Below are positions 36,212-48,130 of a DNA stretch of 64,000 nt, one piece after another. Numbering within the stretch: position 1 is the first letter of the stretch; every line of letters starts with the position of its first letter. Source of the stretch: Octopus sinensis (taxonomy: Eukaryota); contig NC_043008.1 in assembly GCF_006345805.1 (NCBI RefSeq), forward strand, positions 25,544,001 through 25,608,000, written 5' to 3'. The translations under genes and the position numbers were made by a program. Below the pieces are notes generated by a model. The model worked only from the letters and a program-made list of their open reading frames with translations. It had not been told where the DNA came from and did no database searches.

Positions 36212-37088
36212 TATTGTGTTGACTCAAAAGTTTTGCAATATTTTGATAACTTATTTGCTTTAGTCATCAAGTTAAAACAAAAGCAGTCTAGCATTCAAAG
36301 TAGAGGCAATCATATTACACTATCTGAAGCCACCTTTCTGCCAGTTCTTTGATCCCATGCTGATTGCAGTTCTTGTTTTTTGAGGTGAAGAACTCCTTTG
36401 TTGAATCTTCCATGTCTTCTTGGTTGATGAAGCATTGCAAGTGCAGAAAGTGAGCAATGAATTGGAACAAGTAACAATCAAAGGGATCTACATAGGGACA
36501 GTATACTGGGTGTTGCATCAGTTTGATTTCCTCAAGTTCTTGGAGTTTATTCTGGGTTGTTCAAGTGTTATGAGATCTCGTGTTGTTTTGCTGCAGAAGA
36601 ACTTGCTGTCTGTTAGACAATGTTGAGTATTTTTGCCATACAAATGCATGTATCCACAAGTTGCCAAGCTTCTCTGATACTCTCTGAGTGTTACTTGCCT
36701 GGTTTGCCCTTATGAATCCAGAGTTTTAGGCCTACCTAAACTTTCATGATTATCGAGGTTCTTGCAACCCATGCACAATTTCTCAACCCATTTGGTTACT
36801 GTACTATGATCAACTGTGCTTTCACCTTACACACAACAAATATTTTTGGTTGCTTCCATGGCATTATGGCCAGTTTGAACTTACAGAGTTTAAGTTTCCA
36901 AATTAGACGATGTTGCATGTTTATATGTGCAGTTCACATATGGAGTGAAGAAATGTACAACGTGTCAATGCACCAACTACTATGATATTACCAGCTTTAG
37001 TGGGTACCTTGTATCACTTGAATCATGTAATATACATGACACAAAATAGCACGTATGCAAATATTCCAAAACTTTTGCTTTGCCTCAT
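36212..37088 (-). mobile_element. Decayed mariner transposon
   Basis: C-terminal KEFFTSKNKNCNQHGIKELAERWLQIV. Degenerate TIRs containing CAAAAGTTTTG.AATATTT at both ends. Confidence 0.75.
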
Positions 37089-37768
37089 TATATGTATATA
37101 ATTAGGAGCAAAAAGAAAGGGGTTAAAAAATCTTAGCAGATATAAATAAAACAATTTTAAAAGAATTTGGTTTACAGTATCCAGCAATCAGACACTGGTA
37201 AATATATGTAGAATACAGATCGCAGGTAAATCCTCATGTATGACAAGTAGATCCAAATATCGCTTAGAAGAATTTTGAGAAATTCAGAGCATTTAACAAT
37301 AAAACAGATACACACACAAACACACACACACACACACACCTTTTTATCTTTTTGTTTTTATTTTTTCAGTCATTAAACTTCAACTCTGCTAGAACACCAC
37401 CTTGAAGAAATTTTTGGTCAAACAAATTGAATCTAGTACTTATTTTTATTTAACCTGGTACTCATTCCATCACTCACTTTTGCTGAAGTGCTAAGTTATG
37501 GAGATATAAAATGCACTGAAACCAGTTGTCAAGCAGTGGTTGGGGATAAACAAAGACACACATACATTAATATATGTATGGATGTATATATATATATATA
37601 TATATATGATGGTCGTCTTTCAGTTTCTGTCAACCAAATCCACTCACAAGGCTTGGGTCAGCCCAAGGTTATAGTAGAAGACACCTTCCTAAAGTGTCAT
37701 TTAGTGGGACTGAATCTGGAATGATGTGGTTGGAGAGCAAGCTTCTTATCACACAACAATGCTAGTGC

Positions 37769-37810
<42 letters not shown>

Positions 37811-37839
37811 TGTGTGTGTGTGTGCATTTGTGTCTGTGT

Positions 37840-39097
37840 GTGTCTGTGTCAAAATTAAATCAACCACATCTTTTCAATTTTGCCAAACCAAAATATTGCT
37901 ATATTTTAGGTCTGAGCATTGCAATGCAATGGTAAATGAAACATAATTATGACACTACCACATTTATTCGATATGACCACCTCTGTTTCAATTCACAGCC
38001 TAAAGTCTCGGTGCAAATACTTCACACGTGGTATGCAGCTGTTCTTGTGGAATTGAAACCCATTCCTGGTGCAGTTTTGCCTTCAGAGCATTGAGCGAAG
38101 TATGAGGAGTGCTTGAGACCCTCACCTTCAAAATGGACCAAACAGAAAAATCCAGCAGGCTGAGATTTGGGCTTCTTGAGGGCCATATATCTTTGCCTAG
38201 GAATGACAGAATGTCTTTTCTGAATCCAGTGTCATCAGCGTAGTACTGAGTCCTTTTGGAGGCTCCAAGGTGTGTCTTGAAAGTGCTCAGTCACCCATGG
38301 AAGCAGTTCAGCTTCCAGAATGTCACTAATGTATTTGCTGGGTGTTAATTTTAACACCCAAGGGTACAAAAATGAAGGGAGACCCTCCAGTGGTTGTCAC
38401 AGCCATCCAAATCATAACCGACTGTGGGTTTTGACGTAAATTTATGAGTCTGCCTTTGATGGAGTCAGATATACTCCAAAGTCAGTCATTCTGGTGGTTT
38501 ACTGACTGTTCGATGCCAACTTCTTTTCATCGGGGAAGACAGTATGCATTCAGCAATCTGACATAGGATAAGATGACTTTTTTCCAGTCTCATGGCTTTA
38601 TAAACTTGTGCCTGATCGTCGGTCATCTTGTAGGGGTGGGTCCTGAGATCCTCCTTCAACACTCGATACATCGATGTTCAGCTTATTTTTGCTGTGGTAG
38701 CCAGTTTTCTGACAAAATGACAAGTATTTCACTGTATCTTTTCTCTGGTACTTTTGAGAAGCTGAGGGGTCTGCACACTTCTTTTTCAGCTATGTCCAGG
38801 TCGATCAGCAGTGGAACTAGTCTCTTGAAACTTTTTGATAACTTTCTATACTGTTGTTCAGTTAATTTTAAGCTTTTTTTGCTATAGCTGAATTATTTCA
38901 CCTTCTTTGTGGAAGGTTATGATTGTATTTTGGTGTATAGCCATTATCTATATTTATAAATCTGAATTTATTTAGTCTGAAACAAAAAGAAGACACACTA
39001 ATCTTTTATAATGATGTATAATTTTCATATCTTATCACATTTATTGACAGTTGTCAAAACCCAAAACTTCGGTTGCCTTAATTTCAAGAAACCCTGT
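37840..39097 (-). mobile_element. Decayed Tc1/mariner (DD37D-like) transposon
   Basis: DIWPSRSPNLSLLDFSVWSIL near 38130-38192; VLKEDLRTHPYKM; right end reads CAGGGT.. on the minus strand. Confidence 0.75.
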
Positions 39098-42000
39098 GTA
39101 TACATATAAATACATACATAAAACACACACACATACACACACGTATGTGTGTATATAAAATTAGTGTTTCTAATGAGCTTTTTATTAATTACTTTAACCA
39201 ACTGTATCTGGTGGAAACTTTCTTTTAACAAAATAAATGAAATTCTTGAATTTCTGTATTGGCAATGGATGCAGGCCTCACTGCATGGCTAAGACGTTCA
39301 CTTTACAACTATGTAGTTTTGTGTTGAAATCCTCTATGCGGCAGCGTAGTCAAGTATCTTCAACTATAGCTTTAGATCAACCAAATTTTTTGAGATGTAT
39401 TTCGTTGACAGAGACAGAATGAAACATACTAATTCTTGTGTGGTTGACTTAACCCATTCCCCAGTTTAACATTATCACAAACTCGTTGGTTGTGTTTAGA
39501 GAAGCGAACATGTTGTAAGCATTCATTTCAGATAAAATTAAGTTTGGAAAGAGTTTTGATGTGCGTGGGAATTTGGGAACAGAGGTGGTGGGGATAGAAA
39601 TAAATTATGAATATTGTGATATTTTCTAGTGGAGTGTTATTTCGAGTCATATTGGTTGTATAGTAGTAAGTAACCTGGAAACTCATCTGAAGAGAAGAGT
39701 ATGTGTTTTCTATGTTAGGCATTACACTGTATCCTTATATAAATGGTTTCTTTCTGCTACACTTCATTGAAATCTAAGCAGTGTCAAAAAAGAAAAATGT
39801 TGAATTGGAGGACCAAATTAACAAAAAATGAAATGTACTGTAGTAATACCAAGTCATTCCTATAGCATCTCTGCCATTAGACAGTGCTTGTTTTTATATT
39901 TCTTTTCCATTTCACTTGGTTTTCTTTCTTTTTGAACCAATCATATTTATAGAATTACATATTGATGCAACTTCTATTCAGATGCTCTGAATATGAGTGT
40001 CGTTGGTACTGAAGGATCTCATTTCTCTTTGAAAGGTTTCATTTAGTTTTTTCTTTTTACTTGTGCTGGTTCTCCTACACAACCACCTCATTGGTAAAAC
40101 TCAGTAGGGGTCCACTTTAGTCCCTGACACTCACTTATGTGCATCACTCAAATATTGTATCTATTTTATATTCAAACTAGTCAGATCCAGCTTTGCGCAC
40201 CTACCCTACAATGTCGTTCTAAAATCCCATCATTGAAATCTTAAAGCTACAAGATAATGAATAGTCAATTGAAAATAATATGAATAAATAAAACGTTACA
40301 TTTGACAGAGTAATCTGAATGCTAAAGGAGTAATATTACTGAAACTAAATCCCCCCCCCCTCCCAGTAGAAATACTAACGTCAGTGTTTACCATACAATG
40401 CATCAAATTTAGTCAGCACAATAATAACATAAAGATTAGTCTGTGCAGTTCAGTCTAGTCAGCAAAAGCCAAGGAAAAGATAGTCTCTATTTCACCAAAG
40501 AAAACATCAGTGTATACTTCAGTCTCCTTGTTACACTTGATCACTTCATGTAAGTCATAAAGCTGGTCATTTTGTATAATGATAGCCTGTGTTAACTTAG
40601 TAGTAATTGTGATACTGACCTTCGTTGTGCTAACAATCTCATTTCATAACAATTACCAAATAGTAAATAGTGGGTCATCTAGATTTATCTCAATAGGTTA
40701 GTGTACAGATTAATGTGCATAACATTTTCTGTAATAATAACGAATTCCCTTTGCAAATAACAACTTAGATTGAAGCAAAAATACAACAGAACTTCTAGAG
40801 TCTTGCATGGCTTCATGTTGCTGTTACTAGAGAAGAGAGACATCTTATGGTGGTTCAATCACTCAGAGAATATGCAGAACCAAACTTATTATCATATGGT
40901 TAATTTCTCAGCTGGGAAACATGCTTGTTACTATTGAATAAGAATAGTTTTGTGAGCTTGTTCAGATTTAGTTGTCACAGAAAGACATCAATGTGAAGCC
41001 ATATGCCTTATAAGGCATGGTTGAATGATTAAGAAGTTTATTGCATAGTCATAAGGTGTTGGGCTCCATTGTATTACATGGCATTTTGAGGAAGCACCTC
41101 AAGTTGACCCTAGTTTTTTGAGTGAAAGTGAACAGATAGAAACTGTGGAAGAGTGTTAAATGGAATCTGGATGTAATTCAGAGGACAAACTTTGTCACAC
41201 TGTGTAAAGCTGATTTCATCAAAAATTACATTAAGAATACACGTCTGTGGAATACTCAGTCACTTACATACAAATTCAAAGTGCAGGTAATTCAGTTGGT
41301 TGAACAACTGGATACATTCATCATCAAAACTGATTGAAAATTTGTTTGACATTTAAAGAGATCAAAAATGAATGTATCTTGGGATAATTGGTTGGGCTTT
41401 AGACTTGTTTGTGTTGTCTTTACTCGTTTAAGTCTGTTTCAGCAACAGGGGTGGAACATTGTTTACTAGTTACCTCAATTTTACCATGTTAGTATACAAT
41501 TTGCAAATTTAGACATTTGCAAAATCTAGGTGTAATTGAATATTCAGCCAAATTTCTCAGAGATATCAACTTAGAAAATTGATGTGGAACCTAGTTCCTT
41601 CTGTCAGGTGTATTGAACCATTTGAAATTTGTGTTTTGCTCAAGGGGTGAGACAATTAATAATAGTTATATTTAACTTCTAGTAATTATAATGTTAATGT
41701 TTGGAAATTTATACTAACAGTCATTAAATGAATTTGAACCTAATGTACAGTTTTGAATATCAGATCAATTTACAATATTTCGATAGAGAAGTTCATTCTT
41801 TTATTGCTTAAATACCAACTGTTTCTCAAGAATATTTATGAATAGTATAACTATTAAATATATAATGTTGCTGTAAGTTTGATAACAATTGTTTGTAAAG
41901 CTCAAGCATTATATTCTTTCATGTGTCTGTCTTGAATGTATTACATTACAAATTATTGCTATAGAATCTGCTAGTGCTATAGTTAATTTCACAAGATAAA

Positions 42001-44345
42001 CATGAATGAGAATATAAATATCAAACAGATAAAAGATATATTAATGAAAAACATTCATGCATTATATCTGAAAGACAAAGTTTCATCTCTTATGCTGAAA
42101 TATGTGCTTATATATTTGGCACTAAGCATCATTCAATTGTCTAGGTATAGCTACACCTTTTTATGTGTGCACATATAAATATTTAAATATATATATTGGA
42201 CATCACACTTAACAATGGATTTAGGCAATGAATTGTTACATCTTACAATATCTTTTAAACATATCATCATAAATAATTATGCACACATCTGGTTTATATA
42301 CATGTTTTTCTCTATTAAGATTTTAAATGATCTTAAAATCAATTTTTATTACCTTATGGCATATTACTGAACAAATACAAACTTTGGTGTATTCTGAAAG
42401 ATGCTTACTATTTACAAGTTATACTAACTTCCAAATAAGGTTAAGTTTCTGATTAAATATAAATTGGCATCAGTGATATATTGATATCTTAAATTAGTGT
42501 AAACTCACTTAATGTAGCAAGCATTCAAATTTGTAATAGAAATATTTAAGTGTTATGTAAATGATAGCATTGGCTCAAAAACTTTATCTTAAAGAAGCAA
42601 TTTACAAAATCTTGACAGGCTTATGAGATGTATGAATTAATAATGGATATTCTTTGGAAGTCCCATAGAGTGATCATAAATACAGTGATCAACTCTGGAT
42701 TCAATGACATTAAATAACTGGGAGATAATTAATTTCTTAGATTTGGTGTGAATAATTCTGGTGCTTTTTCTTGTCTCCTGTTATAATTTCATTCACATGT
42801 TAGATGCATTCAGGAATTAGCCCCTGCATTTGACTAGTTTATTTTTCTACCTACCCAGAATTGATGAAAGGTTGTGTTGGCTTTGAAAATATAAAGAGCT
42901 GTAAGTAAATACTTCAAGAATTTTGTGCAACACTCTAATGATTCTGCCAATCCTCCACAAGACAGAACATTTTAGAAAATAGGCCATTATCTTGAGGTAA
43001 GGAATTTTCATTTCTTGTCATTTCTAAATATCTGAACACAGATATAATGATAAAAAAAAGATACAAAGACAAAATTTAAATTACTACACATAACTGAATG
43101 CAGTTTTAATTGGAAAACATTTAGGACTGGTTATGTGTTGACTTTGCTGGTTAAGAAATTGATTTTTATCTATCTTTGAAATGTCTATGTCTTTATTCAA
43201 CACAAAATTTATTTCTGTGTCAATAGCTAAAGGCCTCATTGAATAGAGGTACAAATGTGAACCTGAAGATTGCTATACCTACAGGATTATTGTAAGTTTC
43301 TGCTTAGTTTTTTTTGACACTTTCATGAGTATTTTTGCTGAAATGTTTCTCTTCTAGACTAACTTTTGTGCATATCTTTTGTTTCTATTCTCAGGGAACA
43401 ACCTACTAGTTTCAAAAATTGCTTTAATATTTTAATCTGTTTGTTATTGTTGATATGAAATAGCTTGTCCATTTCATAATTTGCTCTAAACCATTTATTC
43501 CATGATATTGCATCTGACTATCAGACATCTCATTATCATTTTCAGACTGCTGTGAATTATGTGGATCATTTCTTATACATAATTCTATAACAACATCTCT
43601 TATCACAAGTAAATATTTTTGCCTGAATCTATGTTTTCTTTTTAGCATGAATTATATAATGCTTATGCTTTGTTCCCACATTGGAAAAATATATTTCTCA
43701 AAAGCAAGAAGTGAATTTAGCAGTTAACCAGTTTAACTAGGATAATTTATTCATCATTAACAGTAGTTTCAAGTTTATAAGCAGTATAGACATGCATACC
43801 TTTAGGCAGATATGCTGAAAGTCTTTGATCATGGAAACCAGGATAATTAAATGTTTTAAATGTTTTAACATTTCCTATCAGTTGAAAACAATGAAACTAT
43901 TGGCCAATGAATTTTCATATATATTTTCTATGTAAGCAAGGCTCTATGGTTAAAAAGTTAGTTTTGAAATTATGTGCTTTCAGGTTTGATCACATGTTGT
44001 GGCTCCATGGGCAGATATCTTTCATCATTGCTTCAGTTGACTGGTGTCATACAAGCAAAATTTGGAAGACAGAATTAACCATGTCTTTAACTCCTACTTT
44101 ATGTTGGATGTGATGTTTTGTCCTCTGGATCTAATGTCAACTTCATGCAGAATAGCCTCTGCATTCCAGTGACCAAGGAGTGGGCAAAAACAACCACTTC
44201 ATGGCCTGGGGTGGATTTTCTTGAAAAGATCTTTTCATATTGTGTGTGAAACTGAAGGAGGCACTCTGAAAAGTTTTCTGTCCCTGAGAAAAAGGCTTAT
44301 CAATTAATTTAAGGAATGTCTAACTTATGCTGGACTTGACATTAA

Positions 44346-44566
44346 CCTTTTAGCATTTAAACTAACCATATTCCTACCAAAATATTCAACTTTTTTATGT
44401 TCAGAGTGGCCAAATCTAGCCTCTTACTCTTACCCCACAGTGCCGTTCTTGAAAATAAGCAACCACATCATTGAAATGTTGAAGCTACAAGATAAAGCAT
44501 GATTAGTTGAAAACAATATGAATAGATAAGGATTACATTTGACAGAGTAATCAGAATGCTGAAGGG
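44346..44566. mobile_element. piggyBac-like MITE (partial second copy about 40165-40332)
   Basis: TTAA|CCTTTTAGCATT ... AATGCTGAAGGG|TTAA: TIRs with TTAA target duplication. Confidence 0.8.
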
Positions 44567-46195
44567 TTAAAGGAGAAAGGGATTGCAAAGATTATATTTT
44601 GGCAGTATTACCTTTTGGTGGGTGAGGAGGATGAGTGAGTAAATGATTTCTCCTTGAACTTGCATGTCACTAACATGTTGTTATAATGATAGGCTACCAA
44701 AGGATGTGGTTAGCAAAACATGATGTTAATGTAGGTGAAATTTTCTTTAGGCTTGTAATAAGATTTGTGTGAGTTAGTATGTAAATCAAATGACACATCC
44801 AAACAGTTGACTATGATTTGGCTGGTTTTATATTATTATAAAAAGCCCCAAAAAGTTGAAAAGCTGGGTGATATTTTTCCTTAGTTTATCTAGAGTGTGT
44901 CTGTTGACATCACTAAATTTTGACTATGTAATGTCTCTAAACAAATGCAGGAGACAGGAACCTCTAACTCAGTGCAATAATCAGTGACTAATGAGGTTGC
45001 AGTTGTTAGTGATGTAAAATGAATTCATTCACTAGTCACATGAAATACTTTTGGCTTCACTGTTTATATTTTAAGTTTGCAAGTCTGCAAGTCTGCCCTT
45101 GTATATTTCTGTGTGATTCTATTTCTTAAAAACTACTCATACATATTGTCTGCTTCATAGAAATGCTTAACTTTATCAGAGAACAATAGAACATTTTTTG
45201 AAGATATCAATTTATTTTGTCAGATCAAACCTTCTGAGAAGGATTAGAAGACTTATCAAAATTCAGCTTTAATGTCAGATTCAGGAGATCTCTAAGCTAT
45301 CTTGGTTCTTAATTCTAGGTGGGAAGTTTTGGGAATTACTGCCAAAGTGTTCTGTATCTTAGGGCTGTAGCACAGTGTTATAGAAGGTCTTCTGTCACAT
45401 CCTTCTCATGAGGTCAATAATCTCCCCCAGGAGTCTTGTTGTGAGTTGTTGTGGGAAGGTATTAGTATATCTTTTAGGTATTAGTATAGAAAATCGTAGT
45501 TAATGCGAATTTTATATAGATTTTTATCAGGATGGACCCTCTACTTTGTATCAGGTATCTGTTTAATACAAGCAGTAGAGAGAATTCTTGTAATGCACTA
45601 TATATGAATTGAAAGTATCTAACAGAATTGGTTGTTATTCTGAGTCAAACCACAAAGAGCACCCAGCTGTAAATATAAGGAGGGTTTCCACTTAAACAAT
45701 AAGTCACGGTTTCTGACTTAGCATTTAGATACATTCTGAGTGCAAGACAGCTCTTAAGAATCTGTCTGTAATGTGCAAAACACAAACCCAATTATCTATT
45801 ACTATTGGGATAAGTCCAGCATGTTTTAACAGCCTCTATTTCATGGTGTAGTCTGCAGCCTTCTTTAACTATCATATGTGTTTGGCCAGTGTAGCGATGA
45901 TTTGATGATCTGCTTCTTAAAGATACTGAAAGACGCAGTGTAGTGGTTAAGGGGTTTTTGTGAAGAGCTCTTTCATCAATATGATAAAGTACTTTAAAGA
46001 TTTTGTGTGTAGGACTTTCATAATAGCCAATTTTCTTTTGGCAGGGCTCATACCAGATCTATAACATGGAACTTTGAATGATGGTAATTGCTTTTCATAC
46101 AACTTCACTATATTCATAGTTGAGGGCACTTTGTTTTTTGACTAAGAAAGACAACTGATCATGTATGCATACAAATGTATATATGTGTGTGTATG

Positions 46196-46208
46196 AATAA
46201 TAATAATG

Positions 46209-46243
<35 letters not shown>

Positions 46244-46265
46244 TATAATAATGATGATAATAATA

Positions 46266-46320
<55 letters not shown>
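46196..46320. repeat. (AAT)n microsatellite
   Basis: Direct reading. Confidence 0.95.
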
Positions 46321-46321
<1 letters not shown>

Positions 46322-46929
46322 CCCTGATGCAGTACCATGCCCTGATGCAGTACCATGCCCTGATGCAGTACCTATGCCCTGATGCAGTACCAGGCAGTGG
46401 CTCTCATGGCTTCTGATCTTAACTGATTGGAAGTGTTATCATGTACATTGTTTTGTCTTGGTATAAAAGATGGGCTACAGCAAATATTCTGCTCAATACC
46501 ACAGATTTGCTTGTCAGTTGTTTGACCTTAACCAGTTGAGCATGTCCCTTAGTGGCTGACGATATGTGCATCTCTGATCACGAGCAGAAGTAGTGGGGGA
46601 GCATCATAGCCATGTGTTGAGAGGGATTCTTTGGGGTTTGAATAGTTCACCTCTGGAAACATGGGTGCTTCATTCAACATCCTTAAACAACCCTTATTCA
46701 GGGACCGTTTGAGCGGGATGGGCTACTCAACCTGAAGAAAATTCTAACTGGGCCCCACCTGCAAGGTCATGTGCTGTTTATCTTAATATGAGATCACCAT
46801 GTCGCGCACATATGGTTGTGATGCAGGTGCCTGGTGTACCTTTATCAGACGGGTAGTCATGATGGGTATATTGGGCTTCGTATATTTTACCCCAGTGTCA
46901 CTTTGATGGCATGAACTGCTTTCTCACTC
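46321..46929 (+). mobile_element. 555-bp element copy D with 4x stuttered 5' end
   Basis: GCCCTGATGCAGTACC at 46321, 46339, 46357 and 46376, then the full body. Confidence 0.88.
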
Positions 46930-46960
<31 letters not shown>

Positions 46961-46979
46961 CTGGTAATAATAGTAATAG

Positions 46980-47985
46980 ACCAAGCAACATCCCATCAGT
47001 AGCTGAGAAGTTCAGAACTGAAAGCAGAAACTGAAGATTTCTTATTGGTAGCATAAGATCAAAGCTTGCTTACCAGAAACTATCAGGCTGACATTCTTCA
47101 AAACAGTTCTGACTCTAAATGCAGATTCTGCAACATATTTGATGAAATGACAGACCATCTCATTTTGAGATGTGCTGACACCAAATGAATATGTAAACAC
47201 TACAAAATCAGCACTCCTGCATACTTGTACAAACATCATCCTGAGTCAGTTGTTGAAGGTAAAAATGTCACTATCCTCTGGGATTTTCCAGTCAACACCG
47301 ACAGAACAATCCAGTTTAATTGACCAAACATAGTTATTAAAGACATGGAAGAAATTACCTGTCACCTGATTGGCCCTCATACTGGTGGTATGTAAAAGCA
47401 CCCACTACACTCTTGGAGTGGTTGGCATTAGGAAGGGCATCCAGCTGTAGAAAATCTGCCAGATCAGATTGGAGCCTGGTGCCGCCATCTGGTTCACCAG
47501 TCCTCAGTCAAATCGTACAACCCATGGCAGCATAGAAAATGGACGTTAAATGATGATGATGATGATGTCCCCACTGATAAAAATATGTCTGTAAAGGAAT
47601 TTGACAAATTAAGCAAATATGTAAACATGGAAATTGAAATACAAAAGATATGACATCTTAATGCAAGAACTGTTCCTGTTATTGTAGGTGCCATAGATAT
47701 GATGAAAGAGGGATATCAGAAATCTCTAGGCAATATCACAGGAGAACCGTGTCTCAGAGAAATCCAAAAGATTGTGCTGATAAGTACTACCTATATCCTT
47801 AGAAAAAACCTTGTCAATTTAAATGTCTGTGTTGTATTATATGAAGATATTTTGCTATTGCCCCAGCCACTTTCCCTCCCCAACCTTTCAGTCATAATGT
47901 AACATCTCTTATCCTTCACTCACCCTAGGGTGCTGTGTGTGTCTTGACAAGTGATTGTAACAAACATGCAGATTAAAAGTAAATA
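46980..47985 (+). pseudogene. Decayed Dong/R4 3' part (another family) interrupted by an RTE 3' tail (about 47375-47566)
   Basis: LRSSELKAETEDFLL...DQSL.TRNY, TILWDFPVNTDRTI, VPTDKNMSVKEFDKLSKY, VPVIVGA, EIQKIVLISTTYILRK. An RTE (GAT)n tail is inserted between LI and VPTD. Confidence 0.85.
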
Positions 47986-48075
47986 ACAATAACAAGAACA
48001 AGAACAAGAACAACAACAACAACAACAACAACAATAATAATAATAATAATGATAATAATAATGATAATAATAATG

Positions 48076-48130
<55 letters not shown>

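Noticed and set aside
43424-43648. 74-aa minus-strand ORF
   Set aside because: No recognisable motif or splice support; length expected by chance.
46376-46525. Calling the 5S-like head a real 5S rRNA gene
   Set aside because: Too diverged and longer than 120 nt, and fused to a 400-bp body; at most a derived SINE head.
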